Shown here piece after piece: positions 13,050 through 23,823 of a stretch of 64,000 nucleotides of DNA. Origin of the DNA: Eledone cirrhosa (Eukaryota); assembly GCA_964016885.1 (NCBI GenBank), contig OZ024742.1:32364001-32428000 (forward strand), in the 5' to 3' direction. Position 1 is the first letter of the stretch, and each line of letters begins with the position of its first letter. The notes under the pieces were generated by a model that did no database searches, was not told the DNA's origin, and saw nothing but the letters and a program-made list of their open reading frames with translations. The position numbers and the translations under genes were made by a program.

Positions 13050-14088
13050 GTCATCATCACCGTTTTACGTCCGTTCTTCCACGCTAGCATGGGTTAGACG
13101 GGTTGTCCTGTTGTGGGCAGTGTCTGGTCGGCTGACCATGCCTTGCTCATACAGGAACTGATTTGGCTTGATTTCTACAGCTGGATGCCCTTCCTAACAC
13201 CAACCTCATTTACAGTGAGTGCTGGGTGCTTTTTCGTGGCGCCTACACGTCCACTTTACAGTGTGGGCTGGGTGCTTTTTTGCCGTGGCACCTCCACGAC
13301 CACCTTGCAGCTTGTACCCATGGGAGGTCGGGTACTCTGTATTACTGCGTGACGCCAGAGGTCACGGTTGTGTGTCATCGCCTTTGAGCGGTGTAATTGG
13401 GTAAGGTCGGCTTTTATCACCTCATCCCAGGTCATCTTGGGTCTCCCCAGTCCGCGGTTTCCATCGACTTCTAGTGCTCTGCACCTTTTTATGCAGCTGT
13501 CATCCTTCATATGCATCACATGTCCATACCAACGCAACCGCCTCTCCTGCACACAGCATTTGATTCCTCTTATGCTCAGTCTCTCTCAATTCATTTATGC
13601 TTTGTCGTTTGCGTATATTACTATTACACATCCATCGGAGCATGCAGGCTTCGTTTCTCTCTAATCTACGTAAGTCTTCCACCTTCAGCGCCCAGGTCTC
13701 ACTACCATGCAACATCGCTGTTCGAAGATACACACATCATACAGTCTGCCTTTCATTCTGAGGGAGAAGCCTCTTGCAGCTAGCAGTGGTAGTAGTTCCC
13801 TAAACTTCTTCCATCCCGTTCTTACCCTAGTTATTGTACTTTCTGAACACCCCCCTCCGCTGCTAATTTGATTACCTAGGTAGCAGAAGCTGTCTACTGT
13901 TTCTACAGAGCCCTCCCAGAGATTGGTGGTACTTGTTTCCTGTGGCTGTTTGCTTGCTGTCCCAACACAGCTGCTGCATGTGAAGCCTACATTCTTAATT
14001 AAGCTTCCTGAGATCCCGCTACATCTCTTGTGTACCCATTGTTTGCATTTGGGGTAGAGAATGGAGTTCCTACCTACACCTTTCCTAC

Positions 14089-14090
<2 letters not shown>
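13050..14090 (-). mobile_element. RTE 3' fragment joined to a SINE-type tail
   Basis: ORFs 13256-13552 (RRLRWYGHVMHM..RGLGRPKMTW) and 13500-13733 (MLHGSETWAL); (CAT)n tail near 13050. Confidence 0.85.
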
Positions 14091-14129
<39 letters not shown>

Positions 14130-14131
<2 letters not shown>

Positions 14132-14546
14132 ATGTAAAGTTATGTTGGTGCCACAACATCCAGGCCGAAACATATGAGATCGTGTAGGTGTCATGACAAA
14201 AAAAACACACAGTCCACGCTGTAATGTGGCCGTGTAGGTAACACGGTAAAAACCTCCCAGTCCCACACTGTAAATGTGGTTGGTGTTAGGAAGGGCATCC
14301 AGCTGTAGAAAACCCGCCAGACAGTCCACGCTGTAATGTGGCCATGTAGGCAACATGGTAAAAACCTCCCAGCCCCACACTGTAAATGTGGTTGGTGTTA
14401 GGAAGGGCATCCAACTGTAGAAAACCCGCCAGACAGTCAGTCCTATGCGAGCAAGACAACCACTCTTGCCTCAAGTGGGAAAACTCCCGTCCAAACCCAT
14501 GCAAGTGTGGAACATGGACGTTAAACGATGATGATGATGATGATGA
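14130..14546 (+). mobile_element. SINE/RTE-UTR-derived element with internal ~114-bp tandem duplication
   Basis: ACAGTCCACGCTGTAATGTGGCC..GGTGTTAGGAAGGGCATCC..GAAAACCCGCCAG occurs twice; ends GGACGTTAAACGATGATGATG. Confidence 0.75.
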
Positions 14547-14565
14547 TAGTAATAATAATACATAT

Positions 14566-15118
14566 GAAGACTAAAATCCAAAGAGGGCTCGATAGGGATA
14601 AATATATATCAATTATATAAGAACCGTAGAGCAAATATTTATTAAAATAACAGATTAAAGTTTAAGCAAAGAATCGGCTGCTTTCACCCTTAATGGGATC
14701 TCCTGAAACTAAAAAAAAATCAATCTGTGAACGCAGAAGTAAATATTTCGAAAAACGTTGCAACCGAAGGAAGACAGAAAGACGATACTTTGGTTCGTGG
14801 AGACGTAGTTTTAGGATTTCTTCCAGCTTGGTATGGGTATGTTTTTTGTAGAAATATTCAGATGTTTCTGCATGATGAATATAAGTCAATAGAGTACTCA
14901 GTCAAGGGAGCCAAACAGTAATAATAATAAATTTGAAGACTAACATCCAAAGAGGGCTCAATGAGGATAAATATATATCAAATATATAAGAACCGTAGAG
15001 CAAATATTTATTAAAATAACAGATTAAAGTTTAAGCAAAGAATCGGCTGCTTTCACCCTTAATGGGATCTTCTGAAACTAAAAAAATATCAATCTGTGAA
15101 CGCAGAAGTAAATATTTC
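14566..15118. repeat. ~369-bp unit in partial tandem (1.5 copies); third copy at 49748-49923
   Basis: GAAGACTAAAATCCAAAGAGGGCTC...CTTTCACCCTTAATGGGATCT at about 14566, 14935 and 49748. Confidence 0.85.
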
Positions 15119-15380
15119 TAAGCCGACCTTTCCCAATTGCACCTCTCAAGGGCAATGACACACGACCATGACCTCTGGGGTCACACAGTAATACAGAAGA
15201 CCCAACTTTCCACAGGAACATATAGACAAAAAAAACAAAGGAAAACAAATATTATGTCCTATTAACTAATCCGACCTCCAAAATGCTTGCAATTGACTAT
15301 TTTTTTAGCATATTAACAACAAATATGATTTCCACTGCAATTAAAAATGACTAGCTTTGTAAATGATATTTCCACCCACA

Positions 15381-16854
15381 TGCTCTGGAGAGGAGCAATT
15401 ATAGGGGTATAAAACTGATAGATCAGGTTATGAAAGTGGCAAAAATAATATTAGCACAACTAATTAGAGAAAGGGTCAAGCTAGATGAGATGCAGTTTGG
15501 TTTTGTGCCTGGGAAGAGTACAACAGATGCCCTCTTCTTGGTGAGACAATTGCAAGAGAGGTTCTTAGAGAAAAATAAGCCACTATACTTAGCCTTTGTT
15601 GACCTAGAGAAGGCCTTTGATAGGGTACCCCGATCTGTCATCTGGTGGTCCCTAAGGAAACTAGGTGTTGAGGAATGGCTTGTGAGGACAGTGCAAACTT
15701 TGTACAGAGGTACTCTCAGTAAAGTCAGGGTAGGAATGGAGTTAAGTGAGGAATTCCAGATACAAGTAGGAGTACATCAGGGTTCGGTCCTCAGCCCGCT
15801 CTTGTTCATTATAGTCCTCCAAGCCATAACAGAGGAGTTTAAGACTGGCTGTCCATGGGAGCTTCTCTATGCTGACAATCTGGTTCTTATAGCAGAATCA
15901 GTAGAGGAGCTAGAGAATAAATTCTGGCTATGGAAACAACAGTTGGAAGCAAGAGGACTGAGAGTGAATCTAGCTAAGACAAAAGTGTTGATGAGTAGAA
16001 AAGAGGACAAAACCCTGATTCCGTCAGGGAAATGGCCATGTTCGATATGCAGAAAAGGAACTGGCATAAATTCTATAAAATGCACACAATGCAGATCCTG
16101 GGTCCACAAGAGATGTAGCGGGATAGCAGGCAAACTAACAGGTAGGGAGAAATATGTATGAAGTAGATGTACAGGGAAATTAGACAGTAGAAGTCGCATT
16201 GATAGACACATTTTTCAAATGCAGGAGGGCGCTATAGAAGTGGTGGATAGCTTCCGGTACCTAGGAGATCAGATTAGCATGGGAGGAGGGTGTTCCGAGG
16301 CCATAGTATCTAGAATAAGGACGGGTTGGAAGAAGTTTATGGAGCTGCTTCCTCTGTTGACGAAGAAGGGTTTCTCCCTGCGTACGAAAGGCCGGTTGTA
16401 TGATGCCTGTGTGAGGAGCGCGATGCTGCATGGTAGTGAGACATGGACAGCAACTGCAGAGAATATGCGACGGCTGGAGAGAAATGAGGCAAGCATACTC
16501 CGTTGGATGTGCAGTGTAAATGTGCGTGAACAACCAAGCATAAATGTGTTGAGAGAGAAACTGTCTGAGAGGGATAGAATGTAGTGTACGGGAGAGGAGA
16601 CTGAGGTGGTATGGATATGTGATGCGCATGGAGGATGACCGATGGGTGAAGAAGTGCCAGGAAATGCCAGTTGAAGGAAGACGTGGTAGAGGTAGACCAC
16701 GAAAAACATGGGTGGAGGTGGTGAGAACAGACCTCAGATCATTGAAGCTCACGGTGGACATTACGAAGGACCGTGACGAGTGGAGAGATGCTGTGCTGAA
16801 TAAGACCCGTCCCACCCTTGCAAGCAGGGAAAAGCGGACGTAAAATGATGATGA
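15381..16854 (+). mobile_element. 5'-truncated RTE LINE, close relative of the copy at 4125-7370
   Basis: ORFs 15430-16161, 16219-16584 and 16619-16843; YADD mutated to YADN; TGA at 16159-16161. Splits CCACCCACA|TCCTCCCTC of the satellite unit; (GAT)n tail. Confidence 0.93.
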
Positions 16855-19029
16855 TCCTCCCTCTTTTTTCTAAAAAGCTAGTCATTTTCATCAGGTTTCC
16901 ATGTCATAACCATTGATAATATGTGCATAAAATAGTAATTTGCAAGCACCATTTATGTCAAATTGGGTGGTAAGCACACACAAAAAAAAATGCCAAATGA
17001 AAATTTGTCACACCAAAATCAATATCTTGGAGTGATGTAGTATGGTGTGGTTTGGTGAAGTTTCTACAAAGATAGTCATTTTCGACAGGTTTCCATGTTA
17101 GATTGGGTAGTAAGCACACGGAAAAAAAATGTTTCACACCAAGATCAATAGCTTGATGTGATGTAGTATGGTGTAACTTGGTATGGTGTGGTTTGGTTTG
17201 GTTTAGTGAAGTTATGAAATGGAAACCAATTGTAAACGATAGATTCCCATGTCATATTCATTGATAATGTGTGGGAAAATAGTAATTTGCAAGCACCTTT
17301 GATGTTAGTTTGAGGTGGTAACCACAACAAAAAAAAAAAGCAGGTAGCAAATTTGTCACATTAATGTCCATATGATGTAAATAGTAGGAGTAGGTGTTCT
17401 GTAATAAATTTACCATATAGTGAAGTATGGTTATGGTGAAGTATATGGTGTGGATTGAGGTATATTAATGTGCTGTGGTGTGCTTTGTTATAAGTGAGGA
17501 TTTAAATTTCCACTTTGATTTATGTTAGAAAAAAAAATTTTCCTTCGTTTTTGCATGTGCTATCAACTTCCAAGAAGCTCGCAGTGGATTATGCTTTTAG
17601 CATATTAACAAAAAATATGACTTCCGATGCAATAAAAAATGGCTAGCTTTTTAAATGGTATTTCCACCCACATCCTCCCTCTTTTTTCTACAAAGCTAGT
17701 TATTTTCATCAGGTTTCCATGTCATAACCATTGATAATATGTGCATAAAATAGTAATTTGCAAGCACCTTTTATGTCAAATTAGGTGGTAAGCACAAAAA
17801 AAAAAAAAAAAAAATGCCACATGAAAATTTGTCACACCAAAATCAATATCTTGGAGTGATGTAGTATGGTGTGGTTTGGTGAAGTTTCTACAAAGATAGT
17901 CATTTTCGACAGGTTTCCATGTCATAATTATTGATAAGTGGAAAAAAAATAGTCAATTGGGAGCACCTTTAATGTCAGATTGGGTAGTAAGCACACAGAA
18001 AAAAAAAAAGGAAACGGGAAAAAAATGTTTCACACCAAGATCAATAGCTTGGTGCGATGTAGTATGGTGTAACTTGGTATGGTGTGGTTTGGTTTGGTTT
18101 GGTGAAGTTATGAAATGGAAACCAATTGTAAATGATATATTCCCCATGTCATATTCACCTTTGATGTTAGTTTGGGGTGGAAACCACAAAAAAAAAAAAG
18201 CAGGTAGCCAATTTGTCACATTAATGTCCATATATTGTAAATGGTAGGAGTAGGTGTTCCGTAATAAATTTACGATATATTGAAGTATGGTTATGGTGAA
18301 GTACATGGTGTGGATTGAGGTAGATTAATGTGCTGTGGTGTGCTTTGTTTTAAATTTGAGGATTTAAATTTGAGGATTTAAATTTTCACTTTGATTTATG
18401 TTAAAAAAAAAAATTTTCCTTCATTTTTGCATGTATTATCAACTTCCAAGAAGCTCGCAGTGGACTGTGCTTTAACAAAAAATATGACTTCCGCTGCAAT
18501 AAAAAATGACTAGCTTTGTAAATGGTATTTCCATCCACATCCTCCCTCTTTTTTCTACAAAGCTAGTCATTTTCGACAGTTTTCCATGTCATAATTATTG
18601 ATAATATGCGCGAAAAATAGTCAATTGCAGCACCTTTGATGTCAAATTGGGTGGTAAGGACACAAAAAAAAAAAAAAAGAAACAGGAAGAAAATTTTTCA
18701 CACTGAGATCAAAAGCATGGTCTGATGTTATGGTGTGGTTTGTTATGGTGTGGTTTGGATTGTTGTAGTTATGACATGGGAACCTATTGCAAATGATAGG
18801 TTTCCATGTTATATACATTGATAATGTGTAAAAAAATAGTCATTTGTGAGCACCTTTGATATCAGATTGGGTGGTAAGCACACACACACAGAAAAAAAAA
18901 AAACAGGAAGAAAAATGTTCTCACTGAGATTAATAGCATGGTGTGATGTAGTATGGTGTAGTTTGATGTAGTTTAATGTGGTATGGTTTTCCAACCTCCA
19001 ACATGCTCACAGCCGACTATGCTTTTACC

Positions 19030-19365
19030 ATCATCATCATCATTTTACGTCCACTTTTCCCTGCTTGCAAGGGTGGGACGGGAACTGATTCTGGTTTGAT
19101 TTCTACAGCTGGATGCCCTTCCTAACACCAACCTCATTTACAGTGAGTGCTGGGTGGTTTTTGCCATGGCACCTACACGACCACTTTGCAGTGGAATGAT
19201 AGGGACCGTAGTCCCTATCATCCCATTTCTACAGCTGAGTAAACTGGAGCAATGTGAATTAAAGTGTCTTGCTCAAGGAAACAACACACCACCTGGTCTG
19301 AGAATTGAACTCACAACCTTTCGATTGAAAGGCCAATGCTCTAACCACTAAGCCATGTGCCTCCA
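19030..19365 (-). mobile_element. Complete tRNA-CORE SINE with RTE tail
   Basis: Minus-strand TGGCTTAGTGG...GTTCAATTC head and CORE-like block. Tail matches the RTE end at 16806-16854 (one mismatch). TTACCAT on both flanks is a possible TSD. Confidence 0.88.
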
Positions 19366-19844
19366 TTACCATATTAACAACAAATATGACTTTCACTGCA
19401 ATCAAAAATGACAAGCTTTGTGAATGGTATTTCCACCCACTTTCCGCCCTCTTTTTTCTACAAAGCTAGTCATTTTCAAGAGGTTTCAAAGTCTTCATTG
19501 ATAATATGTGCAAAAAATAGTTAATTGCGAACACTTTTAAAAAAGCAGGAAGAAAATTTTTCACATTGAGTGCAATAGCATGGTGTGATGAAGTATGGTG
19601 TAGTTTGTTATGGTGTGGTTTGGTTTGGTGTAGTTTGGTATGGTTTAGTTTGGTGTAGTTATAACATGGAAACCTATCATAAATTTACCAAGGTATGGTA
19701 TAATCTGGTTTGGTATAGTGTAGGTTAGTGTGGGGTGTTATTGTGTTGCATCGTATAGCGTGATTCTCTTTAAATTAAAATCATTAAAATGTAATGCCTA
19801 TCTTCTATATCTTAAAGAGTGACCTTAAATGTGATTGTAAATGA

Positions 19845-22780
19845 CTTTTTTCTCTGGATTAATGTTAGATTTAGGGTTAGTGTTAAGGTAAGTTTTACTG
19901 TTAATGGTAAGTTTATTGTTAGTGACTGTGTTACTGTTAGCATTACTGTCACTGTTAGTGTTACTGTAACTGTTACTCTTACAGTTACTGTTTGCGTTAC
20001 TGTCTGCATCAGCGTTAGCATTTGCATAAGCGTCTATGTAAGCTTTTGTGTTAGTGTCTATGTAGACTGGTGTTAGCATCTGCGTTAGTGTTTGGATTAG
20101 CCTTAGTGTTTGCGTAAGTGTCAGCATCTATGTCAGCATTTGCGTCAGCGTCTGCATTGGTGATAGTGATTGTGTCAGCATTTCCCTTAGCGTCTGAGTC
20201 AACATTAGTGTTAGCATTAGTGTTTGTTTCAGTGCCTGCGTCTACGTCAGCTTCCGAGTCAGCATTATCATTAGCGTCCGTGTCAGCACTTGTGTCAGTG
20301 TCAGCATTTCCCTCAGTGTCAGCGTTTGCATCAGCGTGCACGTCAGCATTTGCATTAGTGTTTGAGTTAGTGTTAGCATCAGCGTTTGCATTTGTGTAGG
20401 GGTTAGCATTTGCGTCAGCATCTGCATCAGCATTCACATTAGCATTAGCGTTTGTGACAGCGTTTCCTTTAACGTCTTTGTCAGCATTTCCATTAGCGTC
20501 TATGTCAGTGTTTCTGTTAGCTTCTACGTCAGTGTTTCCGTTAGCGTCTGTGTCAGTGTTTCCGTTAGCTTCTACGTCAGCGTTTCCGACCGCGTCTGTG
20601 TCAGCGTCAGTATTTACATCTACATCAGCGTCAGCGTTTCAGTTAACGTTAGTGTTTATGTTAGCGTCTGTGTCAGCGTTTCCGTTAGCACTGGCGTTTC
20701 CATTAACCTTTCCTGTGGCGTCCGCATCATTGCAGCGTCTGCGTCAGTGTTTATATTAGCATCGGCGTCAGTGTTTACGTTAGCATCTGTGTTAACGTGT
20801 GTTAGCGTCTGTGTCAGCATTTTCATTAGTGTTTGCATCAGTGTGTCCTTTAGCTTCTACGTCAATGTTTACGTCTGCGTTAAGGTTCACATTAGCATCG
20901 CTGTCATCATTTGGGTCAGCATTTGCATTTGCTTTAACATCTGCATCAACATTTGCGTCTGTGTTTGCATTTGCTTTAGTGTTTGCATCAGCGTGAGCAT
21001 TTGTGTCAGTGTCTACGTCAGAGTTAGAGTCTGTGTAGCATTTACATCAGCGTGTGCGTCAGAGTCTTTGTCAGCATTCGCCTTTGCACCTGCATCAGTA
21101 TTCACGTTAGTGTTTGTGTCAGCATAAGTGATTGTGTCAACATTTGCGCTAGCGTTTGTGCCAGCATAACCATCTTCATCAGTGTCAGCTTTGGCATTAG
21201 TGTTTCCATTAGTGTTTGATTTTGTATTAGTGTTGGCATTTTTGTTAGTGTTAGTGTTCAGGTTAGTATTAGTGTTTGTGTTAGTGTTCAGGTTAATGTT
21301 GACTTAGTTTTCTGGTTAGTGTTAGTTTTCAGGTTAGGGCTCGTGTTACTTTTAGTGTTAGTGCTCAGGTTAGTGGTTTATGGTAATGTTAGTTTTAGTG
21401 GTACTGTTAGTGTTCAGGTTAATGTTTGTGTTAATGTCAGTTTTAGTGTTAGTGTTTACGGTAATGTTAGTGTTAGTGTTAGTGTTTTATTTTGTGTTAA
21501 TGTTTGTGTTAGTGTTTCCATTAGTGTTAGTGCTAGTCTTTGTTTTTCTGTTAATGTTAGTGTTTGTTTTAGTGTTGAGGTTAATGTTAGCTTAGTTTTC
21601 TGGTTAGTATCAGTTTTCGTGATAGTTTTAGTGTTAGTGTTTTTTTTAGTGTTAGTTTTCATGGTAGTGTTAGTGTTACTGTTAGTGCTCAGATCAGTGT
21701 TAGTGTTTGTGTTACTGTTTATGGTAGTGTTAGTTTCAGTGCTAGTGTTTAGGTTAATGTTAGTTTTAGTGTAAGTGTTCAGGTTAGTGTTAGTGTTCAA
21801 GTTATGTTAGTGTTAATGTTAGTTTTAGTTTTAAGGTTAGTGTTAGAGATTGTGTTAGTGTTTGTTTTTGTGTTAATATTTGTGTTAGTATCTCTGTTAG
21901 TGTTAGTTTTAGTGTAAGTGTTCAGGTTAGTGTTAGTGTTTAAGTTAATGTTAGTGTTAGTTTTAGTGTTATGGTTAGTGTTAGAGATTGTGTTAGTGTT
22001 AGTATTTGTTTTTGTGTTAATATTTGTGTTAGTATCTCTGTTAGCATTAGTGTTTGATGTTTCCATTAGTGTTAGTGATTGTGTTAGCGTTAGTCTTTGT
22101 TTTTGTGTTAATGTTAGCGTTAATGTTAGCATTAGTATTTCTGTTAGTGTTAGCATTAGTGTTTATGTTAGTGTTCAGGTTAATGTTAGCTTAGTTTTCA
22201 GGTTAGAGTTAGTGTTCAAGTTAATGTTAGTTTTAGTGTTAGTGTTGAGGTTAGTGTTAGCGATTGTGTTAGTGTTTGTTTTTGTGTTAATATTTGTGTT
22301 AGTATTTCTGTTAGCGTTAGTGTTTGTTTTAGTGTTGAAGTTAATGTTAGCTTAGTTTTCTGGTTAGTATCAGTTTTCAGATTAGTGTTTGTGTTAGAGT
22401 TACTTTTAGTGTTAGTGCTCAGGTCAGTGTTAGTGTTTATGGTAGTGTTAGTTTTAGTGCTAGTGTTCAGGCTAATGTTTGTGCTAATGTTAGTTTTAGT
22501 GTAAGTGTTCAGGTTAGTGTTAGTGTTTGTATTAGTGTTTATGGTAGTGTTAGTTTTAGTGCTGGTGTTCAGGTTAGTGTTAGTGTCAGTTTTAGTGTTA
22601 GTGTTCAGGTTAGTGTTTGTGTTAGTTTTCTATTTAATGTTAGTTTTCAGATTTTGTGTTTGTGTTAGTTTTCATGTTAGCGCTAAGTTCACTGTTAGAG
22701 CATGTGTGAGTGCAAGTGTTAGGGTAAGTGTTATTTTTAAAGTTCGGTTTTCTACTTTCCAGGAAAAAGTTGATCCTCTC
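19845..22780. repeat. ~2.9-kb degenerate hexamer array (TTAGTG / TCAGCR), G/T-rich on +, bounded by short inverted ends
   Basis: 6-bp periodicity throughout. Ends GACTTTTTTCTCTGGA (~19845) and TCCAGGAAAAAGTTGA (~22760). Confidence 0.85.
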
Positions 22781-22789
22781 TAACTTGAG

Positions 22790-23000
22790 TGGTGTGATAT
22801 AGTGTAGTAAAGTATAGTGTTTCATAGTCTTGTGTGGTGTTGTCTATTGTTGTATAGTGTAGTATGGTATATTGTTTCATAGCATGGTCTGATGTGAGGT
22901 CGTACAGTGTTTCATAGTGTGGTGTTGGATAATGTGGTATAGTATAATGTTTGTCAGTGTGGTGTGGTATGGTATAGGTTGATGTAGTGTGGCTTAGTTT
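22790..23000. repeat. Degenerate pentanucleotide tract (GTGTG/GTATA/GTGTA)
   Basis: 5-bp periodicity; same class as 29410-29485, 29770-30157 and 31240-31700. Confidence 0.75.
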
Positions 23001-23823
23001 GATTATAATAATACAAATAATAATAACAATAATAATAGTAATAATAATTGTTCTTCTTGTTCATTTTCTTTGTCTTCTTCTGTGCCTTTGACTTCTTCTG
23101 TGCCTTTATCTTCTACTCTGCCATCTAAATACCAAAAACAAAGAATGTAAAACATATATGTTGCCTATCTCTCAGACTTTACAAAGTGCTGAGGAGATAA
23201 AGTTAATTTAAAGAGCAGTGTGCTCATGCACTGTGATCCTATAATGTAGCTTATAAGCTATTTCATAACTAAAAAACAATGTCAAACATCAACAAAATAT
23301 ATACAAATATCTTTGAATGTTTAAGTTAAACCTAGATAGATCGTATCTAAAGGTCATTAGGTTAAGGCTGAACTAAGATCATATCTATAAATCATTAGGT
23401 TTAGACTGAACTGAGATCATACTTTCTTCTTCTTTTCGTCATCTTCGTTACCCGTGTCTTCTTTGTCTTTGTTGTCATTTTCATTTTAGTCGTCTGCTTC
23501 GTCGTCTTTTTCTTCTTTTCCATCTAAATATAAAAAAAAAATTGTAAACAAATATATATGTTTCTTTTATTTGCCACCAGGGCATCAAAAGTGGGACAAG
23601 TACAAAGGGGGGAGTTTACGCAAAAAGGCGTCCTCAATAAGGAGGAGGCAATAACAATGTATAAAAATAAAATAAAATATAACAAAAAATAAAAGTTATA
23701 ACAAGATCCTCAATAGAGAGGAGGCGCCTTGGGGGGTCGCACACACCCCCGAAAAAAGTGTGCAAACCCTTTTCCTCAGGAGCACAGAGAGGGGGTGCTC
23801 CCTCGTTCCTTCCTCCTTTCCAC

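Larger units (their letters stand above)
15255..19790. repeat. Tandem array (~876-bp period) of internally palindromic units, interrupted by an RTE and a SINE
   Basis: Unit starts ..TATCAACTTCCAAGAAGCTCGCAGTGGA at 17557 and 18433. Units carry the AAAATGACTAGCTTTGTA...TACAAAGCTAGTCATTTT hairpin and (GGTTT/GGTGT)n pentamers. Confidence 0.85.

Noticed and set aside
16159-16161. TGA at a Cys position of the RTE PHD finger as possible Sec recoding
   Set aside because: The sister copy at ~4798 has TGC and this copy also has YADN; an ordinary nonsense mutation.
19812-22825. ORFs encoding ANADAD/TNTN/VLVL repeats, superficially like antifreeze or adhesin proteins
   Set aside because: They are translations of a hexamer array, open in several frames on both strands with scattered stops and no splice or start context.
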